From Chrysemys picta bellii (lineage: Eukaryota), in contig NC_088791.1 of NCBI RefSeq assembly GCF_011386835.1, positions 283,712,001 to 283,776,000 of the forward strand: a DNA stretch of 64,000 nucleotides. Direction: 5' to 3'. The position numbers and the translations under genes were made by a program. Positions within the stretch are counted from its first letter, which is position 1; the number at the start of each line of letters is the position of its first letter. The notes under the pieces were generated by a model that did not search any database, was not told the origin of the DNA, and saw nothing but the letters and a program-made list of their open reading frames with translations. Positions 50,532 to 62,500 of this stretch are shown here, one piece after another.

Positions 50532-52535
50532 TTTCAGTGGAACTTATTTGCATTGGGAAATTTTCCTTTGGTATCTTGGAAATGCCTAAAACTGTTTCCA
50601 ATGGGATCTGTGGAATAGAAACTGGGTCAAGGTGTAAAACTTTCTCTGAATCTCCCTAAAGTTTGGAACATTTAGAAATGGATGGAAATCTTACTGCACT
50701 CTTTCTCTGTCTGAGCCTGAAGTGGAAACCAGTATACAAACACCACAGAAGTTTATTGGCCAGATACACAAGTTCATTCTAACTGCACTGTGCTCATTCT
50801 ATCACTGCTTTTCTTCCTTGGAGAAGTTCAAAGCATCTGGAGAGTACCAGTGAACCTGGCTGTATGATCAGATTTGTGTATTAAATGAGATTTTGCTGAC
50901 TCATCAGAATTTTCATCACTTTTAATTTTAAAGTAATTGATAACCATGTCTGTCCTTCTCTCCTAGAAAAGTACTTGTGCTTGAAATTCATAGTGGCAGA
51001 CATGTCATGTTGTGAACCATCAAGTCCACATCTAGAAAGCATTTTGCAAGTAATGTAATATGACTGATTTAACTAGGTGCTTTACATTGCGGCAGTGATG
51101 TGTCAGCAATTAGACTAGGACATCTGAAAAGTTAAATTAACAAAAAAATACTATTCAATATTCAGACTTTTTTCCCAAAAAGTCATCCAGCTGTGAAGCT
51201 ACCCAAGTTTCCTGGACTATTTTTTTTCCAGGTAATAAGTCGTTAGAATAAGCTGTGTTAACTCTGTTTTCCCACCACCCTCACATGCTCACAGGCTGGT
51301 TGTTTTTTTTTCTCTCCAAAGAAATGTATTAAAACATAGGAAGTCATGTGCATATATAATATATATACACTGTGAGTAAAATTCACCCCGTGCAAAAGGC
51401 CAGCCAAAGAATTATCCATTACTAAAGTCCCACTTGAGCCCTATCAAGTGGGATTTAAGTTATGCATAAGCCTTGGCCTGGCATTCTATGCAGGACTGAA
51501 TTTCATTCTGTATTAATATATTTTAAAACATTAAAAAAAAACCCACACAAAACCCAAATTTGGTTAAAGGTATATGTATATTATACATGTGTGTATGCAT
51601 AAATCATGTCTATGATATTGACTGGATTGTTGCAGGCATGCAAGAGAAGAAGATGGTGCAATAAACTCTCATCTCCTTGAGGTGATGTGTTATGCATCCT
51701 CTTCTGTGCCTGATCCACAGGTGGTAAAAACCTGTTCAGAGCCTAGTTCTTTTGCTCAGGTACAATTAGTTAGACTCCTGATTTTAGGTCTGGAGATTCC
51801 GTAGTTGTCCACCAAGATCATGCCATCGCACTTCCAGGCAGGGATTGGACACAATAAAAGCATTGCTTTGAGGGAGAAAAATGACTCCACAAAGCTTCTC
51901 CAAAGTGGGCAAGGAAGAGAGAGGAACAGGGTGCAATCCCCAATCTCACTTCACCAGCAGAACTGCAGTCCTTCGGGATCTTCTGGAAGGATTTGTTGTG
52001 TTAAATCATGATCTTTCAAGAATCTCCTACTGAGGTGGCTTGTTCTGCACTTTCTCAAAATGCAGGGCTCTGTTTAGGCTACAGTTTAGACTTAATAAAG
52101 GTCAGTAAGTAAAATACCTGAACCTTCTTCAGAGAGCCAGATGTAATGTCTGATTTTATGCATATCAATTTCTCTTTCCAATAAAATTATTGAAATTACC
52201 TGTCAATTATTTTGTTTGCTTACTTGCCTAGATTCCAGTTATGTGCCTGGGAAGAGGCCAAACTACTGTATATTTGTAGAATCGATGCAGATGTGCAACA
52301 TTATTTGTAAATAGACTCTGAATTACTTGTGTTTTATGCTGGTGCAATGGTCTTACACTACTGTAAAACTGGAGTAATATAGAGGTGAATCGGAACCAAA
52401 GGTGAGCAAAGCTAGTCCCAAAGTATATCCCTTAGTAGAACCCATGTAAACATAAAGGAGGATGGATTCTGGGGAAAGGGGTGCTTGGGTTGCAGAGGAC
52501 ATATTCTGTATCCTCTGCAAGATATCCAGCTATAA

Positions 52536-52754
52536 CAGGGATCGGCAACCTTTGGCACATGCCTTTGGCATCCCTCAGCCTACGCCACTTCCTGAAGCCC
52601 CCATTGGTCTGGAGCGGTGAACCGCGGCCAGTGGGAGCCGCGATCGGCCGAATCCGTGGACGTGGCAGTTAAACAAACCAGCCCGGCCCAGCCCACCAGT
52701 GTGCTTACAGGTAAGCACTGTGGCGGGCCGCGGGCCAATTGCTGCCGATCCCTG
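52536..52754. mobile_element. Palindromic hAT-type MITE, internally deleted
   Basis: CAGGGATCGGCAAC / GCTGCCGATCCCTG with perfect TSD AGCTATAA. Confidence 0.92.
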
Positions 52755-53518
52755 AGCTATAAAATAGATTGAAGATACTCCAGTAACAGAGCCTGAATAA
52801 AGCCACACAAGATACCAACCACCATGAAGCAAGTGCAATGCAGAAATGTCCTATGTCAAGAGTGCTAGTGGACAATTCAGAATTTGCCAATACTGTTATG
52901 GACGCACTCCAAATAATAGACATCTCACATAAGATGATAGAGCAAGGAACCTCTATCTCCTTGAGGTCAGTGAGTGTTATGCATCCTCCTCTGTGCCTGA
53001 TCCACAGACTGTACAAATCTGTTCAGGTGCAATCAAAAGCACCAGGAAAGAGCAGGGATCCCTGTGAATTGTTTGGACATGGTTTCATATGGGAAGTGAA
53101 TGAAAGCTTCTCAGAATAAACCATCTTCTCCCCACTCTGTGTGTGCTCACACAGACAACATGATATGGGATGCCATAACAGCATTGGCTATTTAAATGAT
53201 CTATCATAACAAACCACTTAAAATCTATTGTTATGAACACATGATACAGGGATCATGAAAAACATGACAATCACCTATAATATAGTTTAAATAGCACCGA
53301 AATACATTGTACACATGGTTTAAAAAAGGGTTCTAGCTAAATCACAATTCACTTCCCATCCAGACAAATAGACATCAAAGGCCTTGTGACAAGAAAAAAT
53401 TAACTAACAGCAACAACAATGGTGTTCTGTGACACTTGTGCTAATACTCAGAACTAGATATCTTGCTCTTTCAAAAAAAACAAACACACACAACAGAAAA
53501 CATGGACACAGTATAGGA

Positions 53519-53839
53519 CAGGGGTCAGCAACCTCTGGCACACGGCTCACCAGGGTAAGCACCCTGGTAGGCCGGGCTAGTTTGTTTACCTGCCGCATCT
53601 GCAGGTTCGGCCGATCGAGGATCCCCCTGGCCGCGGTTCGCTGCTCCAGGCCAATGGGGGAAGCCGCGGCCAGCACATCCCGCGCCGCTTCCTGCCACCC
53701 CTATTGGCCTGGAGCAACGAACCGCAGCCACTGGGAGCCATAATCGGCCGAACCTGCAGACACGGCAGGTAAACAAACTAGCCCGGCCTGCCAGGGTGCT
53801 TATCCTGGTGAGCAGTGTGCCAGAGGTTGCTGACCCCTG
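53519..53839. mobile_element. Palindromic hAT-type MITE, full length
   Basis: CAGGGGTCAGCAACCTCTGGC / GCCAGAGGTTGCTGACCCCTG with TSD GTATAGGA / GCATAGGA (7 of 8). Confidence 0.92.
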
Positions 53840-55456
53840 GCATAGGACCTGGAAACAAAATAGTAATCATCAATCAGACTACTGTTCTCACACCCCTATG
53901 CCTGCTATTAGAGTTTATAGTTTTATTGTTGTGGAACATATTCACAGGGGAAGCATGGTCACACTCATACCCCACACTCATCTGTGCCTTAATATCCCTG
54001 ATACATTTCAGAACAATTCTCAGAATTCCATGTGTTTTACGAGAATTACACCAAAGTCTCATTCACACTCATGAACTCCAGGAGATTACTCACTCACATC
54101 TCCCAATAGCAACTAAATCATCACTTCAGAAATTTGAATTCTACCCAGCAGCCAATAGGCAATGGGTACAGATTATGAAGCACTCCCATTGAAAATACTA
54201 CATTTGCTGGTAACAAGCCCAGCAGTGAATTTGACGCTTGATTTCTGGGGGGAAAACTCCTGTTCTTTCCTCTCTTTCCCACACTTACCTGCATAGAATC
54301 TTCACCTCATCAGCACTTGGTGTAAATTAAAAGTATCTTATAGACTTAATCAAATCAGCCCCAATTTTTTGAAGTTCATACATGGACCGTCCCCACTAGA
54401 GAACACCTTGCAGGACTCAGAGGACTCCTCTCCTACAATCATCGCTAAAAGCAGTGATGGCTGACAATTTCAAGAACAGACTTTAAATTCAAGCACTGTA
54501 CTAGATAAAAAAATGACACAAACATGTTACTGATCACCACTTAGTTACAGACCACTTTAGACTTAGCTTTAAGTGTGTAATTATATTATATGGTACCTGT
54601 AGATTCAGCCAATAGTAGTTTTGGCTCTTCACTTGAGGGTTGATCTGTTCTTTCATGTTGTTTTTATCCCCCACTGTCAGCTCTGAAAAACACAGAATCA
54701 GATATTTGGTCATTTTAAACACTGCATTTCTTGGTAGTGCACTCTTCCTTTTTAAACAAAAAAATATTTACCATCTTTTACCAAAAGCTGTGGGTTTCCT
54801 TGGTGATAAAACACTGAAAGAAAAGGAAAGCATAAAAATGGGATCTGATGTGACTTGCCTGGAAAATCAGCAGCTCTTGAACTGCATCACTATTCAAAAC
54901 TGAGACACTGGGGTGTGTGGGGTGGGGGGAGAAGAGATTCAGCAGCCAGCATTCAAGAGGTGATAAAGAACATGACTGAAATATCTCTCCTGGGGCCCTA
55001 AAATACAATATATTAGAGCAAAAGGGAAAACTTATGTTGACTTACTAATTCCCTTAAAAGAAACTTTATGTGCATGCTAGATCAGATGTAAAATATGATT
55101 TTTTTAACTCTTAGTAAAACAGAATCTCACAACTTTCTCATAATATTTTTGTAGAGATGGCCAGCAGAAGACAACTCTGTTTCAAGGTTTCCAAGATTGT
55201 GAAATTTCTTTTTGTTCCAGTCTGAGACAAAGAGAAAAACTTTTCAATTTTTTTGCTAAATGGAATCATGTCAAAAAGTCCGTTTTTGAATGGAAAAGCT
55301 CAAGTTTTCCATTTGGGTCTCGCAGATTCTCCCTCATCAGAAGTGACCAGAAAGACCTGGACAAAAATCCCTTCCTGATGAAAACTTTGAGTCCAATAGG
55401 TGTCCATAAAACATTTGGCTTTGACAAACAGCGCAACTCAATAAGAATTGATTTAA

Positions 55457-55801
55457 GACTGGTGTATACTACAGCATTAGGTTGACGTAAGGCCCACTAT
55501 AACTTTCCCACGACACTGTCTTAATAACTCCACCACTGTGAGAGGCAAAGCTCTCACGTCAATGTTGTTAGGTTGACACAGTGTCGATGTAGACATTGTA
55601 TTGTTTACATCGACTGTTGCTGTCTTTCAGAAGCCATCCCACAGTGCCCCACGCTGACAGTTAAATTGATGCAAGCGCTCCTGGTAAGCATTTGTGAACA
55701 TGCAAGCACGTAGTGCGAGCATGCAAAAGCAATTTAATTCCTGCAGTGGCTGTATGTCGACGTAACTTAGTTTGACTTAATTTTGTAGTATTGACTTGCC
55801 C
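55457..55801. mobile_element. PIF/Harbinger-like MITE relic
   Basis: Degenerate termini (G...TGTATACTAC / GTAGTATTGACTTGCCC), TAA on both sides, internal GTCGA-rich palindromic words. Confidence 0.6.
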
Positions 55802-56472
55802 TAAGTTTTAAGTGTTTTGACCAGCTCTGTATTTTTGTAACAATTTCACATCTTTTTTTCTTTACCATGGAGCAAAGTACAGAAGTTCCTGGACTGATAT
55901 GAGAGAAATCACATCAGATAATTTACAGGCATAAGAGTTCCACAGCTGCTGTATAGTAACAGCACTCTCATGGGGATTATTAGTCTTCCATTCATTTCTC
56001 TGGCTTTTGTTACTCTCTGCAAAAGCACAACAAAAGCACCAACAAACTGTTGTGTCTGGGTAATATGCTCAAAGGGCAGGAGTGGTACATCAACAGTTGT
56101 TCAGATGTGCAAAAACTGGTGGATCCCACCTAAAAACATAACAGCACTTTGCATTAACAAAATGGATAGTATTGGCCTATGAAATGGGAAAAGGAGCCAC
56201 CCAGGAGTATTAAGAGAATGGATTATTTCTGGAAGCATCTATCAGGTGAACAGCAGTAGTCCTACATATATATGGCCTGTTCATTCACAAATCCTTGTAT
56301 TTTAATGATTAACAAACCCTCCCATGACATTTACACAAATGAAGCCAAATCACATTGCAAGTCACATTTTGTGAATTTCTTTGTAAGTAAGTTTTTCGTT
56401 CAACTAGCTCTACTGATTTTGCATGTCATGTTACTATATCATTGTTATAAGTGTCTGCTAAGTTCCCTAAAC

Positions 56473-56696
56473 CAGTGGTTCGCCACTCCAGGCCAATGGG
56501 GGCGGCGGGAAGGCCAACCAGCATATCCCTCGGCCCACACCGCTTCCCACTGCCCCCATTGGCCTGGGACGTTGAATTACAGCCACTGGGAGCCGCGATC
56601 GGCCAAACCTGCTGTGGACGCAGCAGGTAAACAAACCAGCCCAGCCCGTGAGGGGCTTTCCCTGAACAAGCGGCGGACTAGCTTTGAGAACCACTG
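56473..56696. mobile_element. hAT MITE with CAGTGGTTC termini and the CAGGG-family palindromic core
   Basis: TIRs CAGTGGTTC / GAACCACTG with perfect TSD CCCTAAAC (56465-56472, 56697-56704). Confidence 0.9.
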
Positions 56697-57589
56697 CCCT
56701 AAACCATTGTGACAATTGAGTCTACCATTGCGCGCACACACACACACACACACACGCACCCGATAGCGATAGCCACTCTGTTATACTGGTTTTATTTTGG
56801 TGTAACTCTACAGAACCCAAATCTGTTTAATGGAGTGGACGATCAGGCCCACTGTTTATAATTACACAATGTAGCAGGTGCATTTTGAAGAATAATGAAG
56901 AGATTATATGTTAACCTTTAAGCTGCTTCAGCTATGTTATAGTAGTTTTTGGTCTGAATTATCCATTGTTCATATCAAGAACACCATCACCTATACTCAC
57001 TGAAAGACGCCATCAACAGTACAAGAGATGCAGCAGTCAAGAGTGGTAAAACTTAGATGCTTTTGTCCTGCTGTGTGGATCATGACAGCTGTTCAATCCT
57101 TGTCATGGTGGCTTCAGTGGTAATCACTGCAAGGCTGCCACATACCACCGTAGGTGATGTATTTTCAAAGCCCATGGTACTTGCCATACTCATGAGGTTT
57201 GACTTGTGGTCAAAAACCTGTTGTTCTACCTAACACTGTGCTGGTCCTGTGGACTATAAACTTAATTCTATGAACAGCTTTAACATGACTGTTCTATTAC
57301 TATCATCACAGACAGATTGACAGGGCCAAGCCTTCACTACCCTGTGTGACCGTAATCATATGACCTACCATTGTAAGTGAGTGATGAGGATAAATATGCC
57401 GATGATATTCTTTACCAATCTGGAATGAAGTACAGCTGTCTTTTTCACCTCTCCTCTGGACTACAGCCATGTGACTGAACCCATAAGCAATTCTAACTAG
57501 TACAGAATTCTGTAGCACCTCTCATAAGCAACGCAGGATAGCGAAGTGCATCAGACTTGTCTTTTGCTCTTTACGCTGACTTTCCATAA

Positions 57590-57845
57590 AAGATCAAATC
57601 AAGTTTAAGATCTTTATCCTGACCTTCAAGGTGCTAAATGACCTAAAGCTAGGGGATAAAGAATATGGTCCATAACACTGTTCCTCAAGAACAATGGAAT
57701 CTTTGATAATAAGGGTATAGTTTATCTGAGCAAGAAACAGAGGTTTACTGGGGGATGGCTGAGACTGAGGCATTAACTCATATAGGAACTAAGGAGCATC
57801 ACAAACCTCACAAGCTATAAGGTGCACATCTTCAATCTTACCTTA
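57590..57845 (+). mobile_element. L2-like 3' region relic
   Basis: ATCCTGACCTTCAAGGTGCTAAATGACC and GGAACTAAGGAGCATCACAAACCTCAC resemble the L2 3' region. Heavily decayed. Confidence 0.4.
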
Positions 57846-57846
57846 A

Positions 57847-58041
57847 AAATAAATAAATCAATGGAGATATCCTGTCTCCTAGAACTGGAGGGGACCTTGA
57901 GGGGTCATCGAGTCTAGCCCCCTGCCTTCACTAGCAGGACCAAGTACTAATTTTGCCCCAGATCCATAGGCCCCCCTCAAGGATTGAACTCACAGTCCTG
58001 GGTTTAGCAGACCAATGCTCAAACCACTGAGCTATCCCTCC
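57847..58041 (-). mobile_element. Tortoise PolIII/SINE
   Basis: Closely similar to 37930-38119, with A box TAGCTCAGTGG and B box GAGTTCAATCC on the minus strand and a (TTTA)n tail. Confidence 0.93.
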
Positions 58042-58054
58042 TACCCCAAAGGAA

Positions 58055-58240
58055 ATAGAATCATAGAATATCAGGGTTGGAAGGGACCTCAGGAGATCAG
58101 CTAGTCCAACCCCTTGCTAAAGCAGGACCAATCCCCAGACAGATATTTTTACCCCAGTTCCCTAAATGGCCCCCTTAAGGATTGAACTCACAACCCTGGG
58201 TTTAAAAGGCAATGCGCAAACCACTGAGCTATCCCTCCCC
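58055..58240 (-). mobile_element. Tortoise PolIII/SINE variant with a different CR1-type tail
   Basis: Same tRNA-derived head. The tail reads ...GATCTCCTGAGGTCCCTTCCAACCCTGATATTCTATGATTCTA on the minus strand. Confidence 0.9.
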
Positions 58241-58383
58241 AAGTCTGTTCCTTACAGTATGTACATAAAAATAAATAAATAATCAAAATCCTTCCTAAAG
58301 AAAATTCAGCATTGCACACGTAAGCCAGTGAGAGAGAGAGAACAACCTCATCATACTACTGTTAGCCATGTCATTTAATACAC

Positions 58384-58422
58384 CAGGGATTGGCAACCTT
58401 TGGCACGCGACCTGCCAGGGTA
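58384..58422. mobile_element. Terminal 39-bp fragment of the palindromic hAT MITE
   Basis: CAGGGATTGGCAACCTTTGGCACGCGACCTGCCAGGGTAA, then unrelated sequence. Confidence 0.8.
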
Positions 58423-58622
58423 ATAGAATAGCTAGACAGACCATTCATTCCATGTATGCCATGTGACACACTGTAAAAGCTGTCCATATAATCACTCTGT
58501 GTTACAGGAAAGCATTATCAGAATGCTATGGATTTAAAGACTTCCTATTCTCTTCTCTTCTACATAGGTTCTTATATTACTCCCATCACCATAATATCTG
58601 AGCGTATTCCAATAGTGTACTA

Positions 58623-58790
58623 CAGGGATCGGCAACCTTTGGACCGTGCACCCTGGTGGGCCGGGCTGGTTTGTTTACCTGCCGCATCCGCAGGTTCAGC
58701 CAATCGCAGCTCCCACTGGCCGCGGTTCGCCGCTCCAGGCCAATGGGGGCTGTGGGAAGCAGCACAGGCCGAGGGATGTGCATAAAAGGC
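58623..58790. mobile_element. Half palindromic hAT MITE ending in a 21-bp tandem duplication
   Basis: CAGGGATCGGCAACCTTTGG to the central GAGGGATGTGC, with GGCCGAGGGAT(G/T)TGCATAAAA present twice. Confidence 0.85.
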
Positions 58791-58848
58791 CGAGGGATTT
58801 GCATAAAAGACATCTGTGCATCAGATATCATGCTATCATGCTATACAC

Positions 58849-59171
58849 CAGGGGTCAGCAACCTTTGGCATGTGGCCCATCAGGGAAATCCACTGGTGGG
58901 CCGGTTTTGTTTACCTACAGCGTCCGCAGATTCGGCCAGCTCCCACTGGCCACAGTTTGCCATTCCAGGCCAATGGGGGCTCCGGGAAGTGTCAGCCAGC
59001 ACATCTCTCGGCCCGTGCCGCTTCCTGCAGCCCCCATTGGCCTGGACTGGCGAACCGTGGCCAGTGGGAGCTGCAATCGGCCAAACCTGCGGATGCTGTA
59101 AGTAAACAAACCATCCTGGCCCGCCAGTGGATTTCCCTGACAGGCCGCATGCCAAAGGTTGCCAATCCCGG
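58849..59171. mobile_element. Palindromic hAT-type MITE, full length
   Basis: CAGGGGTCAGCAACCTTTGGC / GCCAAAGGTTGCCAATCCCGG with TSD CTATACAC / CTATGCAC (7 of 8). Confidence 0.92.
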
Positions 59172-59410
59172 CTATGCACCCTCAGTTTCAACTCATACAC
59201 TTCATTAGTCTTTAGACCTACACAGGCAAATAGAGCTTGGACATGCCCACAGAAGCCAGTTTCTTTTCTAAACCTATCCTTGCTACATGCATGGGCTTAC
59301 ATGCATCTGTGTAACCATAGCTACTTTATCCAGATCAACATATATTATATTAGAATGTATTGAACAATAACATTTTTATTCCTAATTTAGTATAAATTTA
59401 GTATGAATTT

Positions 59411-59515
59411 TCACTCCGTGCATCTGAAGAAGTGGTGTTTTTTTTTTACCCACAAAAGCTTATGCCCAAATAAATCTATTAGTCTTTAAGATGCCACTGG
59501 ACTGCTCATTATTTT
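59411..59515 (+). mobile_element. Solo Penelope-like pLTR fragment with a degenerate hammerhead
   Basis: GCATCTGAAGAAGTGG...CCCACAAAAGCTTATGCCCAAATAAATCTATTAGTCTTTAAGATGCCAC parallels 42334-42410. GAAA has changed to AAAA. Confidence 0.8.
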
Positions 59516-62500
59516 TATAAATTTGTGACCATTAAAGTATATTTTTCACATTTGACCTTTCCCAATGTAATAGATGAGAACGTACCTTGGAAAACACCTG
59601 TTCAAAGTTTTTGAATCAGTTCAGCCCAATTTCATTGTAGATGTGGAACAAGAATAATCTTAGATTTTATTCACACTTTTTGAGCACTAAGACTAACACA
59701 TATTCTAATAGGGGATTTGAATGTGGTAGAAGTGTAGCAAAGCAGTTAGTTCTGCAAATTAGATAAATGTTGTGGAAAGTGCATCTTCTACCACCCTGTG
59801 GCAGTTTGGAATCATTGCATATTAGCACACCTCATTAAACTTATTCAGCTTAATTGCTACTTCCCTAATGAATTTATGCATCAAATGGTATTAAAAAAAA
59901 TTCCACTTCAAATTATGATTAAATATGTTACATAAACATAAAATGCTGGGGGGTCAGTCATGTTATCATACTTACTTTTAATAAACCTACTGGTACTCAT
60001 TTTAGACAAAGGAGCATAGATTGATCTACAATTATTCTGTATTCTTCTTTTTCTAGCTATGTAGTATAAGACTATATAATCAATAAAAAGCTACCTTCTC
60101 TCCAGAAAGAAATTAACTGAACAGAGCAATTTTCTTTCAGAAATTTACAACACTGACAATCAGCAGTGAAGTCATTCTTCCATTATGAATAACTATGCAA
60201 AATTGCCATTCCTTCAAATTTTAAGATTGATGGATTTTATTTGTATGCATTTGATTTGAATGAATGATATATCAAATATTAAATAAGTGCAGTCAGGGGG
60301 CAGAAGTTTTGTAGTTTCTTTTTTTATACTTATATAATCTGGTCCTTTTATTAAACTGATCAGTGATCAGTTAATAAAATGAGTTGTTTACTTATTTTTA
60401 GGACACATATTTAGTTTTCATGTAGTTTAATTCATGTCCATTATCTATCTTTCATGGAGGTTAATAATACTACAGTAGTTTAATTTCAATGTATAATTAG
60501 CACAATTTACATTTCTACTCTGTTTTGATCAGAATACTTTGGATAATTCAGAACTATGATAATCAGCTCTGCCAACATGCTAATATACTCTCTTCCTTAA
60601 CATACCAATCTTTCACTGTCAAAAACTGCTAGGAAAGGGATAGCAAATCAATCAAAAACTGCTCTGGAGAAAATACTCCTTTTTTAAAAATGAAATATAG
60701 ACTGCACTTGAGACCAGTTCTGGATAGAAATTAAATCTGCACTAGTGAGCCTGAAGGTATATTACCTGCATTTTATCACAACAAAGTGTAAGTTTTGAGC
60801 CAAAAGAAAAATTGTTACCACCCAGCTGTTCTAACATTTTGACCAACTATGCATGTATTCAGAAGGTTAAATCAGCCCTGATATGTACTGTTATGTATAT
60901 AAGCTTAAAAAGTATATAAGGTGAAATGTAAATCTAAGAAAAGATCATTATAAGACTGTGTTTACAGGAAGAAAAGGATATTTTTACCTAAGCCATGTAT
61001 ATATAGTTTCAGATAACTACTTGCAAATCTAGCAGTTAATGTAATGTTAATTGCAGAAATAAGGACAGTCAAAGATAAGAATTCCTAGCAACCTTGCATG
61101 TATTGTATTATAATAATAAGTATTATTATGCTTTTGCCCATAGTGTTCTCAGTTCACATGCACTGTACACAGGGATGAGTTAATTTCCTGAATATTAAAA
61201 TTTTTGTGAACCAACTACTTTTTGTTTGCAAAACTACTTTGAATTCATGAGCCTTTTTCCTCTAATTAAAACCCATTGTTTCCCCCCCCCCCCAATGTAA
61301 TTCAGTTTTGTTGTTTTTATTTTTAAAAAAGATGTTTTCCTATAGCAGCTAAAATGAAGCTTGTGGTTTATATTAGGGATTAAAAACAAAACAAAACCCT
61401 CTCTTTTAGCTAAGCTGGCACAAGTGTCTGGCTTCCCTATATGTGTCTCTCTCTACTACACATGGTGTGAAACTATCCATGTGATAAACTGCAGAACAAT
61501 GTGACAAATTGCATTTATCATGCACCTGTGGCTGCCTCACCTGCTTTCTGCCGACTGAACCATCCCCACCAGGATTTATTCTACCATTCCAATTTTCTAA
61601 GCAGCTTCAAACAGCTGTCATATTACATATATAAATGGTACCTTGCAGTATTTCTCCACAGACTTATTTATGCTGGCCTGAAACACAGGATGGGAAATAT
61701 TCAGTCCTACCCATTAGCAGGTTTGAGGTCTCATATCTCACATTCCATTGTGGTTCATAAATGATTGTTGTATGTCTATAACAAAAGGAAGAATCCTACA
61801 TTTCAAGTGTCCCTGGAGGATGTAAAATACTGGCCATTAATATTGCAGCATGATTATGTATGGAAAAGCTTTTTTTCCCCCTCTGTTCTCTGGCAGCGAT
61901 GGTACCCAACTCTTGACTTTGGATCCCCCCCCACCCATTAAAAAGTTGCATTAACTAAAAAAGCTGATTCATCCATCTCCTGCCCAGCCCACCTTTCTAC
62001 ATACACAGATCTCTGCATTGGGACTGTACAAGCATAAACTCCCTTCTGCCCAGAAAATGGGAGATTTGTGCATGGAGATTTCCTTCTGTGCTGGGATTTT
62101 TGAGATGATCCAGCACTTTTTCATTAAATGTCTACACAATACAGAATGAATGCAGTTTTAAACCCCCCAAATATTTAATATAGATCTCAAGAAAGAGAGG
62201 AAGCTTCAGTTTATATATAGCATAGTATCAGGCAATTCAACTTTAGTCACCTACTGGCATGCAGCAGAAAATGGGAAGGAGGATTCATGGAGTCGTAGGT
62301 TCCTGATCCCAACATATATGGGAACATGAGACATTGTAAGATTTTGAGCATCCATTAACACAACCGCATGGTGTTGCATCATCTTCTTCCTTATAGTTAA
62401 CCAGCATTCTACATCTTCCACCAGACAGATTCTTCTTTTGTGGGTGGCATAGAGACTACCTTTCCTCATTACCTGCTCAGATATTGCACAACTAGTGACA

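Noticed and set aside
54286-54460. Strong minus-strand donor CAG|GTAAGT with a possible upstream acceptor
   Set aside because: All three frames of the candidate exon contain stops, and nothing else supports it.
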